DNA of 64,000 nucleotides from a virus (Duplodnaviria; Heunggongvirae; Uroviricota; Caudoviricetes): IMG/VR virus record IMGVR_UViG_3300020429_000539, positions 332,263 to 396,262 of that record; one strand, 5' to 3'. Shown piece by piece: positions 20,246 to 29,680 of this stretch (position 1 is its first letter; each line of letters starts with the position of its first letter). The notes under the pieces were generated by a model. It saw only the letters and a program-made list of their open reading frames with translations, ran no database searches and was not told where the DNA came from. The position numbers and the translations under genes were made by a program.

Positions 20246-21358
20246 ATGAATACAAATGTCAAGATAACTCCTGGTAGCTTTGACTCGTCATTGGTTAACT
20301 CGGTTTCAGAAGAGGCTATTTCAAAGGTTTTGCTCAGTCCTGGCCGCCGGTCGAAAGTCTTTTTTAAGTTTGAGTCTTTCCCTTTGAGAGACGAGCTTGC
20401 CAGTGTCACAATGCAGAATGTGGGGTCTGATAGTCCTCTTATAGTCAACGGAGCCTATGGTAATGCGTTTCAGCTAAGACCGGCTACTACTCTAAGCTTT
20501 CCTTTTGCGTTGCGAGAAAGAAAACAGCTAAGTATAGGATTTTGGTGGACGCCCGTAAATATGAGGCCTGGTATTAATCCTAACACAGGTCTGAATGCCT
20601 ATTTCCGCACTCCTGTTATCAGTAAATCTGGTTTTACCCTAGACCTTGGTTCGGGCTTGGTATCGGCTCAGAACGCCACTTTTGTAATGTATGAAGAGTC
20701 TCGCGAAGATGGCAAGAATGTTATGCATGTTTTGCTTGAGTCCATTACCGGCGACCAAGTAGTCTTGGAGAGCGAAGAGTATGATGCAGGAATCAATCAC
20801 TATTTCTGGTTTGCATTCAATGGTTCCGCTGGTTTGGCTAAGCTATTTATAGATGGTAAAGAGTCTAGTCTAGAAATAATCGAAGGGACATCAATTCCCT
20901 TGACCCTCAATCAGGTCGGTTCGGTCCAGGTTGAAATCAACAACTCAGCAGTTGGGCAAAACGGACTGTTGCGAAATACTTATGCGGTAATTGACGAACT
21001 ATATATGGAAGACAAGTATATCGCTGACCCATTCAAGATAGCTCGTCATATAAACTTTGGCAGCGAATACGAGATAGATGCTCAGTTGCGAAACCGAGAC
21101 AGAGTTTATACCGGATTTGCATTTGACGATCCAACAGCCATTAACATAACTGCTGTCTACAGTAATGGAACAAATATCTATGCAGGAAGGACAGATGGCA
21201 GAGTCTTCAAGGGGGATAGGTTGCTTTGGCGGTCTCGTAAAGATTTTGCAAACAGAGATGAGCTTAGTTATGTTAAGACTAAGTTTCTAAGCACAGAAAG
21301 TTCGGTCAGTATAGACGATGGAGCTTTGAGAATATCTAAATCGAATGTTCGTATTTGA
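20246..21358 (+). CDS. LamG/concanavalin-A-like lectin-fold virion protein (370 aa)
   Basis: GAYGNAFQL...LSIGFWW...HYFWFAFNGSAGLAKLFIDG...AVIDELYM matches the LamG-like jelly-roll pattern. Confidence 0.65.
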   Translation: MNTNVKITPGSFDSSLVNSVSEEAISKVLLSPGRRSKVFFKFESFPLRDELASVTMQNVGSDSPLIVNGAYGNAFQLRPATTLSFPFALRERKQLSIGFWWTPVNMRPGINPNTGLNAYFRTPVISKSGFTLDLGSGLVSAQNATFVMYEESREDGKNVMHVLLESITGDQVVLESEEYDAGINHYFWFAFNGSAGLAKLFIDGKESSLEIIEGTSIPLTLNQVGSVQVEINNSAVGQNGLLRNTYAVIDELYMEDKYIADPFKIARHINFGSEYEIDAQLRNRDRVYTGFAFDDPTAINITAVYSNGTNIYAGRTDGRVFKGDRLLWRSRKDFANRDELSYVKTKFLSTESSVSIDDGALRISKSNVRI

Positions 21359-21365
21359 GGCATAG

Positions 21366-24300
21366 ATGAGCGTAACTATCCAAAATCTCAAAATCAATGG
21401 CATCGAATACAATGATTCTGCGCCCAGGGTCAAGCTCTCAAAGCTCACTTTGAACTGGGAGATCGATACCTCATCGATTTCTGTGGTTCAAAACTCGTAT
21501 CAGGTTCGTATCGGAACTCATACTGTTAACTGGGGTAGCGACGCCTACCAGCCTGATATATTCAACATGCCTTTTGTTCGAACACGGTCTAGGTATTTTT
21601 CGTTACCAGAAAAGAATCTAACTCGTGGGGCTCTTTATTTTGGTCAGATTCGCGTCCGTGACACATCGGGCGCAGAAAGCGAATGGCTTCGTTTCCGTTT
21701 TCGCGTTAATACACTTCCCTTTATTCTTGACCCCACAATATCACCTGAAGAGCCAGGTGAGGGGGATGATCTACAGCTAACATACACGCTTCCACAGCAA
21801 GAGGCAAATGTTAATATTCGCTGGTTTAGAAATGGTGTTCACTATCAACAGTTTGATGATTACGATAAAATATCGCGAGAATATATCAGGTATAATGACG
21901 TTTGGTTCGCAGAGATTATCCCATTCAACAGTCTTGAAAAAGGCGGCGCTGTTTTTACGGATTCAGTAACCATATCTAAACTACCGCCCTCTGTTTCTAA
22001 CCTCGAAGTTTTGCCTCGTACTCCAAATGAGAACGACATGCTTGAGGCATCTTACTCCATCATTGACCAAAATACAAATCAGGTTTTGCTTGATGACAGA
22101 AGTCAAATTGTCTGGTATATCAACGATGCCGCTGTAGACTCTGCAAATGACGCGAAGTTTGTTCGATTCAACTTAAGGGAAAACGATGTTGTTCGATTCT
22201 CGGTCACACCGTATGACGGCGTATCTTTTGGAACAACTCAGACTTCCCCATCGGTTACAATACAGAACAGTGGTTTTCGTGTCATCAATGTTCGTATTGA
22301 TGGTGAGAATCATAATCTAAACGTCAACAGTGTAAACCCTACTATTCAGTGGGATGTTCTTGAGCCGCTTGGTTTGGTTAGCCAATATGCTCAGATATCT
22401 ATAGGAACTGCTCCGGGTGCATCAAACGTATATCAAACAATCGTTAAGACGTTTGATGAGCAGTTTTCATTGCCTGATAACGTGGTTCAACGAGGCGTTG
22501 ACTATTTTGTCTCAGTTGCCGCAAGTAACTCGATGGACAACTTCAGTGAGCCGTCGTTTGGTCGTTTCCGTGTTGCAGGCTCTCTTTGGGATACCTCGGT
22601 AAGCAACTCAACAGGTTGGACGATTGAGGTTGCCGCCAGAGTTGAAGGCGAAGGCGGTTATCAACGATTCTCGTTTGCGGACGGTAAGAGATTCGCAGAA
22701 CTCCGCATGTATCCAACTGAACTGCGTCTCTTCCTTGGTGGAGCAAACACAAAGAGCATCCCCATGGATTTGCTCTCCATGAAGAATATCCTTATCGTAG
22801 GACAGGGCGATACCCTTAAGGTATTCAATCAAAACACGATGATCTTCGATGCTACAGATGAGTTCTTGGCTCCTGCATCAGATAGATACATAGAGATTGG
22901 TTCTTCTGCAAATGACGATATTATTGGTCACTTCAAGAGGATTGTTTACACGGTGGATGGGGCTTTTGACCCCATCTTGAGCCCATCTACTTATTCTCAG
23001 ATTGAGTTTGAGCCGTTCATTACGTTCACAGGTGAGGCGGTTACTGATATAACCGAACACGAGGGCGATATTCTTGTATCTGTCAACTCCAGGAATCCAG
23101 ACCAAAGCGGCAGTATTTACCGTATTCTTGAAACAGAAGAGCCTGCTTTGGCTGCCACAGAATCGGTAGACAAGTTTGAAGTAGATATAAACTCGCTTTC
23201 GTCTTCGCCAAATGGCAACATCACGATTGTTGGTCACAACAAGGGTGCCAGTTTATTTGAGAATTCTTTTGTCAATGCATTTGATGTATTTACAGAGTTC
23301 CCAATTGGTCGAGACCCTATTCGTGACCTATGGGAAAATGTTGGCACGACGCCCTTTACAGCAGTTAGCTATGGGGCAGATGGTATCATTATTGATACTA
23401 CATTTTCCAATCAGTCACGCATTGATTCAAGAATACTAATTACAGAACAAGCCAATGTTGCAGCCATTTCATTTAGAGATGTTGTCGGTATAAACATATT
23501 CAATTTCAAGATTGAAGTTACTTCAACACAGCTTAAGCTTTCCGTAGGCGATTCAGCACCGTTCTTTACGACTACTCTCAACAAGACGCTCGATGAACTG
23601 GCTGTTGAACTTCGTGAGCTAGATGACCTTGAGAATAACTTTTTCTCCCAGTTCTATGATATAACTGTTACCAGTGGTTTAGAGACTCAGTTTGCAACCA
23701 ATCTGAATGTTATCTCGGCTACCGAAGTATTCCCCGAAGCATCTCTTTCGGGTTCATACCTAGCAGCAGACCCATACAGCCCGGACCCTTATTCTTCTAC
23801 CGCAGGTGGAAAATGGTTCTATACACATCGAAAACCAGGCACCGCATGGGTTGATAAGGTTGACAACACTAAGGGATGGACAGTTGATTTCGATGTTCGT
23901 ATTGACAGCATCGAAGATAGCGATAGGCCATCTGACGTATCGTCGCCCGAGGGGGCAGGCTTGTATATTAATGATGGTAAATACTACGAGAACATATACT
24001 TTTTGCCACAAGAAATCGTGCTAGGAACTTCAGGCACTTCGTTCTTAATTGATACTACTGAGCTAAACAGATATAGGTTTGTAGGTAAGGGCGATAATCT
24101 GAAAGTTTTTGCCAAGAGAAGTTCAGATCCCGAATATGTAGAACTTGGCGAGGTCGTACTTGATAAAGTTGCTTCTAACGAGGGGGATGCTGGTCGTCCT
24201 TCTGTTTATGCTGATAACACCGGCAAGGCGTATGCTGTTTGGCATGATACAGGCAATGCAGGTAAGAGGCAAATATACTTTTCCGAGTACGAAGTTGGCG

Positions 24301-27300
24301 TTGGATGGTCAACTCCTGAGTTGATTGTCAGCGAAAACTTTGACGCCGGACATCCTGACATTGCTGTTGATAATGAAGGCACAGTTTATGTTGTTTTCCA
24401 GACATCTCGTAGCGATTTGACTGATATTGCTGCTATACAGCGAACCGAGTCTGGTTGGTCTGATGCTTATTTGATTAGCTCTAACATAGGCAAGTCAATG
24501 CGGCCCAAAATCGCCATTGATACTAACAATAGTGTTCATGTTGTATGGGAAGACTATCGTCTTGGGCAGCCCGAGATATACTATGCTCGCCGCAACAGCG
24601 CAAATGGTCAGTGGGAATCTGGAGCTTTTGGTCAAGGCGATACTCGGTTGAGCAGAAGCCCTGCCGGTGCTCGTCGTCCTTCTATCTGTACCCGTGGTCT
24701 CTCGGTATATGTTGCATGGACATCAGAAGAGATTAGCGGAAGGACATCGATAAAGGCTTGTTATCACACTGGCGGCGGTAACTTTACTACGGATATTGAA
24801 AATACGGATGATAGCACTCTAACAAACTGGGTTTCAAGCGCCCAGGGACAAACCGATTTTACGGTTAGCGCAGCTAATGCTAAAAATGCAGACCACGTAG
24901 ATATCACACGAGACGCAGCAGGCAGTATAGTCGCTGTTTGGGAACAGGTTGTTGACGGTGTTTATCAGGTCTTTGGTCGAATCTTGAACTCTAGACTATC
25001 TTTTGGTCGAGAAATCGTGCAAGTGACAACAGGTTTTAGGGACTGTAGATTCCCTGCTGCTGCTCTAGATCAGTCGGGCGGGTATGTGTATGTCGCCTTT
25101 GAAAAGGGTAGCTCTAATATCGCAGACCCTTACGACCCTTACGATGCAACTCTTGATGATCCTAGCTTTGGAGAAATTGATTACAGCATCAATGTAGTCC
25201 GATACAACTCGCTCGTGAGAGTATGGGAGGGTAGCAATACTTCTGGAACGGATACTCAAGGCAACTCTCTTGGCGGTTTTGATGTCCTTATAGAGGAAGG
25301 GGATAGGCGAACAGCCCGCCGCCCTGCTGTGGGGCCGAACATAGTTGATGGCCGCATGCATATCCTATATGAATCAGGCGATGTATCCACAAACAGAGTA
25401 GAAACTCTTAAGAACGATAGGTTGTTCTATAACGTCCGTGATGCAATCTATGATCTAACATGGTCTCCGGTCTTTACGCTTGGTCTGGATTCTTACGCGG
25501 ACGATGATATTCGTGTCAGTTCGGGCGAGTTGCGCAAAGAAATTAGGTTTGGAGATTTCTCTAACAACATCGGTACGCGAATGGTCGTTAACAAGATTCG
25601 TTACACTACAGCCAATGCTGTAGACCCATTCACTATTCGACTTATATCATCGGCTACTGTCAATATGCCACGAGCTAATGTTCTCTCTAGTGCTTCAAAT
25701 AATCGTGGAGATGCTTGGCTTGGAACAGATGATGGTTTGCTATATTTTAATCGTCGCAAGAATGAAGTGGTCTTGTTTGAAGATACAACCTATGGCGTTT
25801 CTGGTTTAGAGATACGAGATATACAGTTCGATGAACTTGCAAATATGTATGTTGCCACTAATGAAGGCGTGTTCGTTAGTCCAGACCAAGCCTACTTTTA
25901 CAAGTTTACAGGCGAAAATGTCCCAACATCTGCTACTAGTCTAGACCTAGATAGTAAGCGAAGGCTGTTTATAGGCTCTAGCTCTGGTCTTTCTATTATC
26001 GACACTGCTAGCCTTGTAGCGAATTTGCAGACAACTTCTGAAAATATTTCGGCTTCAAGAACAATTGAGGTGGCATCTGTTACAACAGTTACAACGACTG
26101 AGGGAATGCCAACGAATACAGTTACCAAAGTTCGCATCGATGCTAATGATGTAGTGTGGGTTGGAACTACGCAGGGTCTTGTTCGTTATAAGAATGGCGA
26201 TATTGCTGTATTCACGCAAGCTAACGGTCTTGTTTCAGACAAAATCAATGATATTGGTATCCGTGATACGGCACGTAGGTATCTTGCAACAAGTGCAGGT
26301 ATCAATAAAATGGTTGGCGTAGGCATCGAGAAGCTTGATTTTGGTAATATCAATGCTCCTCCTGCTTCTTTGACCGATATCCCTGCCGGCGATATTTCTA
26401 TACCTAAGTTTAACAATGTTGTTGGTATTCGCTGGCAGGAGCCAAACCATATTATTGCAACAACAATGCATGACCTGTATCAAATTACTTTTGTTGATGA
26501 GCCATTCGAGACTGAGCGTCCTCAGATAACAAAGTTTAGAAGCCAAGACTTTACCTTGGTAACTATCAATACAGAGCGTAACGATGACTTGCAGACCTTT
26601 AGGCTTATCGGTCTAGAGAATAGAGATATCTCTAAATCTTCGCTTTATGAAGTCATTCTCAATGGCAATAAGATTACTCGCGGATTCAAGTTCTCGCCGA
26701 ACTTCCGTTTGATTCGTTTTGAGTATCCGCTCAAGGAGAGCGACATTGTTCAAATCAACATACGCTTTGATGTTGAGATATTGAATAGATTCGAGCAGAA
26801 TCAGGCTGAGAAGCTTGCAGAAGGAACTCGTATCACGAATATCGAGAAGTTGTTATCTACAAATGGAAACATATACGCTCAAACGGGTGGAGATATCAAC
26901 ACGATTCAGATTAATGACGAAACAACCGATTTGCCGTTTGACCGAATCATTCTTGATACTGAGCCGCCAATCGGTCGTATTGAAATCAATGGACAGATAG
27001 ACCGAAGCACTCTTGATGTCCTCATCAAGCAGGTTCAATCGGGAGATGAATACTTGCCATTTGATGCTACTTCAGGTATTGACAAGTATATCGTATCAAA
27101 CTTTACAAACTTTACAACTGATGGCGAAACGCCGCAAACTCCACAGCCCTTTACGACACAGGTCAACCATCCTGTTGATGCTGTATTTGACCAGATTACA
27201 CAAGAATATACATTTTCAGGAACAGAAGGACGCAGGCTGCTTCTGTGGCAGGCACCGGGCGCAAATCCAGTTTTGGTCGCAGGAACGGCAAGTCCAGCAC

Positions 27301-29675
27301 GCATCTACATATATAATCCAATAACACGAGTATGGGACTTACGAGCTACGCTTGATGATGGAGATGCAGCAAGTTCAGTTGAGTTCTTGATTCAGTATCA
27401 GAATCAGATATTTGTGGGAACTGGCAATGCAGATGGATCAGGCAAGATTTATCGCTCCACTGACGGGCAAAACTTCAATCTATCTACTGTATTGCCTGTT
27501 AGCTACGCTTATTGCGCAGAAGTTCTAGACGGCGTTCTCTACATAGGTGCAGGAGAACCTGAAGGCATGCTCTTCTCGTATAATGGAACAGAATACTCTA
27601 CAGTCTTTCAGCGGGTTAGTGGTTCGATTTTGGATCTTGTAGGAGCCGATGGCGAGTTGTACGCCGGCACGGGAGATGAGGGTCGCATATACCGCCTTGA
27701 CCCCTCCAACTTGACTCAGCAGATTCTTCATACCGACCCTGACCCTCGTATTTTGAGCGTTGGCTTTGCAACTGTTAACGGCGCAAGTTTTGTCTTCTCA
27801 GGCTCATCAGAGTCAGCGCGCATCAAGCGTAGCAAGCTTCCTGACGGAGCATTTATCCATTCATTTAGGACAATCAATGCTCCCGTTTATTCGATGGAGA
27901 ATGTCAATGGTATTCTTTGGACATCAATAGGCAATACGCTGTTTGCATTGGAGAACGTATGGAATGCCAAGTATACGCATACAGAAGATATTCGAGACAT
28001 CTCTGTCGGTCCTGATGGGAATACTTGGTTTATTTCGGGAGGCTCTATTTTCAAGATTGGCGAAGGCACGGAGACTAAGCGAATCTACTTGAAGCTTTTT
28101 GACCGCGCAGGCAACGAGACAAATCTGTTTACGGATACCGCTCAGACTCAGCTTGATTCTAACTTGTTCGATGAGATTACGCTCGAAGAGCTTGTTGGCT
28201 TCAGCAACGCGAACCGTATTCTTGAGGTTGATGCGTTCGGTAATACTGTTTCTACTATCGATGGAGATGACCGCTTCTATTCTGCTGATAAGGTGGATGA
28301 GGAAGTCGGCGTATACATGAGCGAAATATTCAACGGAACTAATGGCCTCGTTTCTTGGGATACTATTAGTTGGGATGTTACGATTCCTTCTGGCACGAGC
28401 ATGGTCATACAGGTTCGAACTGGCAGCAGTAGAGACGACCTGCTTGAAGCCCCATTCGAAATCGAGTTTGACGGTTCTTCAGAGCGAGAAGACATATCGT
28501 TTGTCAATGGTCAGTATTTGCAGTTCAAAGTTATCATGCGTAGCCAGATTCGTGATCTTAGCCCATCGCTGAGAAACGTGGTGGTTGCATCCATAGCAAG
28601 CGAGTCTACGCACTTCTTCACAACTAACTTTGTCCTTCCGTCACGAATCAAGAGTGGTATATTGACAAGCACGAAGATGGTGCCTGTTGCTGCGGACATT
28701 GTATTTGGTATCAACGCAAACAACTCAGTAGACTTTGCCGAATACCAGATTATTGATGAAAACCGAATTTTCACCACTGATGATAAGCAAGTCGGTGAAA
28801 ACATACGAGTCGGCATTCGACTAATTACGCCGAACCGTGGCGAAACCATCGCTGATGAGTTCGGCGAATATGGCCCCTATGACTCTTTGCTATTCTTCAA
28901 CTCTTTGGATTGGGACTTCAGAAACACAAGCGGCTCGAATGACCTCTATCACTTCCGTGTAAGTTTCTATGAAGACATGGCGATGGAGAACCTTGTGTAT
29001 CAAGGCTACTCGGCCAACTCTCAGTCAGGCTGGAGCATCGATGGAGAGACCTTCCAGTCAACTGGCGCTCCCGTTGACTATAATGAGACGGTATCGCTAT
29101 CGTTTGTCCCTGTTGGAGATACGCCGATAGCATGCAACACCTATTACTGGGTCAAGATTGAGGCAGTGAATAGTCTAGATGAGTTTGAAACTATCCTTGA
29201 GCAAAGGAGTTTTATCGAGGCTTGTGGAACTACATTTGTAGACAGCATTGACTTCGACTTCACGAATGAAACTTCGAGTACGAAGTCATACCACTTCCGA
29301 GTTAGGTTCTTTACAGACCCAGAGCGGACAACGCTTTTGTCTACCGCATACAGCGGTAATGATACTAGCGGGTGGTATGTTAATGGTAACGAGGAGTTCC
29401 CTCTTAATGGTGCGGTTCTAGGAGCCAACCAGTCGGAAGATGTAACATTTAGACCAGACCTATCTTTGTTTACGCCAAGAACAACCTATTATTTGTCGAT
29501 TGACGTATTTGATGGGTCTAAGTTTACGAACCAGAGTAACTCCTTTACGTTCCGTGCAAGGGATATCGACTCGTCAATATATTGCGGTCCTTATGTCGAT
29601 GTTCCTGTTGTGAACAACTTCTCGATTATGTTCGAGCTTGAAGGAAATCAGTTTGTTACTCTCAAAGGTTCGTAA
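21366..29675 (+). CDS. Giant virion-associated protein (2769 aa): FN3/Ig repeats, LamG-like modules, several beta-propellers, C-terminal tandem repeats
   Basis: FN3-like QNSYQVRIG...RVRDTSGAESEW. Ig repeats ending WFAEIIPFN and FSVTPYDG. BNR-like blades VHVVWEDYRLGQPEIYY. Regulator-propeller repeats GMPTNTVTKVRIDANDVVWVGTTQGL. Two HFRVxFY/FxD repeats at the C-terminus. GAGG Shine-Dalgarno. Confidence 0.7.
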   Translation: MSVTIQNLKINGIEYNDSAPRVKLSKLTLNWEIDTSSISVVQNSYQVRIGTHTVNWGSDAYQPDIFNMPFVRTRSRYFSLPEKNLTRGALYFGQIRVRDTSGAESEWLRFRFRVNTLPFILDPTISPEEPGEGDDLQLTYTLPQQEANVNIRWFRNGVHYQQFDDYDKISREYIRYNDVWFAEIIPFNSLEKGGAVFTDSVTISKLPPSVSNLEVLPRTPNENDMLEASYSIIDQNTNQVLLDDRSQIVWYINDAAVDSANDAKFVRFNLRENDVVRFSVTPYDGVSFGTTQTSPSVTIQNSGFRVINVRIDGENHNLNVNSVNPTIQWDVLEPLGLVSQYAQISIGTAPGASNVYQTIVKTFDEQFSLPDNVVQRGVDYFVSVAASNSMDNFSEPSFGRFRVAGSLWDTSVSNSTGWTIEVAARVEGEGGYQRFSFADGKRFAELRMYPTELRLFLGGANTKSIPMDLLSMKNILIVGQGDTLKVFNQNTMIFDATDEFLAPASDRYIEIGSSANDDIIGHFKRIVYTVDGAFDPILSPSTYSQIEFEPFITFTGEAVTDITEHEGDILVSVNSRNPDQSGSIYRILETEEPALAATESVDKFEVDINSLSSSPNGNITIVGHNKGASLFENSFVNAFDVFTEFPIGRDPIRDLWENVGTTPFTAVSYGADGIIIDTTFSNQSRIDSRILITEQANVAAISFRDVVGINIFNFKIEVTSTQLKLSVGDSAPFFTTTLNKTLDELAVELRELDDLENNFFSQFYDITVTSGLETQFATNLNVISATEVFPEASLSGSYLAADPYSPDPYSSTAGGKWFYTHRKPGTAWVDKVDNTKGWTVDFDVRIDSIEDSDRPSDVSSPEGAGLYINDGKYYENIYFLPQEIVLGTSGTSFLIDTTELNRYRFVGKGDNLKVFAKRSSDPEYVELGEVVLDKVASNEGDAGRPSVYADNTGKAYAVWHDTGNAGKRQIYFSEYEVGVGWSTPELIVSENFDAGHPDIAVDNEGTVYVVFQTSRSDLTDIAAIQRTESGWSDAYLISSNIGKSMRPKIAIDTNNSVHVVWEDYRLGQPEIYYARRNSANGQWESGAFGQGDTRLSRSPAGARRPSICTRGLSVYVAWTSEEISGRTSIKACYHTGGGNFTTDIENTDDSTLTNWVSSAQGQTDFTVSAANAKNADHVDITRDAAGSIVAVWEQVVDGVYQVFGRILNSRLSFGREIVQVTTGFRDCRFPAAALDQSGGYVYVAFEKGSSNIADPYDPYDATLDDPSFGEIDYSINVVRYNSLVRVWEGSNTSGTDTQGNSLGGFDVLIEEGDRRTARRPAVGPNIVDGRMHILYESGDVSTNRVETLKNDRLFYNVRDAIYDLTWSPVFTLGLDSYADDDIRVSSGELRKEIRFGDFSNNIGTRMVVNKIRYTTANAVDPFTIRLISSATVNMPRANVLSSASNNRGDAWLGTDDGLLYFNRRKNEVVLFEDTTYGVSGLEIRDIQFDELANMYVATNEGVFVSPDQAYFYKFTGENVPTSATSLDLDSKRRLFIGSSSGLSIIDTASLVANLQTTSENISASRTIEVASVTTVTTTEGMPTNTVTKVRIDANDVVWVGTTQGLVRYKNGDIAVFTQANGLVSDKINDIGIRDTARRYLATSAGINKMVGVGIEKLDFGNINAPPASLTDIPAGDISIPKFNNVVGIRWQEPNHIIATTMHDLYQITFVDEPFETERPQITKFRSQDFTLVTINTERNDDLQTFRLIGLENRDISKSSLYEVILNGNKITRGFKFSPNFRLIRFEYPLKESDIVQINIRFDVEILNRFEQNQAEKLAEGTRITNIEKLLSTNGNIYAQTGGDINTIQINDETTDLPFDRIILDTEPPIGRIEINGQIDRSTLDVLIKQVQSGDEYLPFDATSGIDKYIVSNFTNFTTDGETPQTPQPFTTQVNHPVDAVFDQITQEYTFSGTEGRRLLLWQAPGANPVLVAGTASPARIYIYNPITRVWDLRATLDDGDAASSVEFLIQYQNQIFVGTGNADGSGKIYRSTDGQNFNLSTVLPVSYAYCAEVLDGVLYIGAGEPEGMLFSYNGTEYSTVFQRVSGSILDLVGADGELYAGTGDEGRIYRLDPSNLTQQILHTDPDPRILSVGFATVNGASFVFSGSSESARIKRSKLPDGAFIHSFRTINAPVYSMENVNGILWTSIGNTLFALENVWNAKYTHTEDIRDISVGPDGNTWFISGGSIFKIGEGTETKRIYLKLFDRAGNETNLFTDTAQTQLDSNLFDEITLEELVGFSNANRILEVDAFGNTVSTIDGDDRFYSADKVDEEVGVYMSEIFNGTNGLVSWDTISWDVTIPSGTSMVIQVRTGSSRDDLLEAPFEIEFDGSSEREDISFVNGQYLQFKVIMRSQIRDLSPSLRNVVVASIASESTHFFTTNFVLPSRIKSGILTSTKMVPVAADIVFGINANNSVDFAEYQIIDENRIFTTDDKQVGENIRVGIRLITPNRGETIADEFGEYGPYDSLLFFNSLDWDFRNTSGSNDLYHFRVSFYEDMAMENLVYQGYSANSQSGWSIDGETFQSTGAPVDYNETVSLSFVPVGDTPIACNTYYWVKIEAVNSLDEFETILEQRSFIEACGTTFVDSIDFDFTNETSSTKSYHFRVRFFTDPERTTLLSTAYSGNDTSGWYVNGNEEFPLNGAVLGANQSEDVTFRPDLSLFTPRTTYYLSIDVFDGSKFTNQSNSFTFRARDIDSSIYCGPYVDVPVVNNFSIMFELEGNQFVTLKGS

Positions 29676-29680
29676 GCTAA

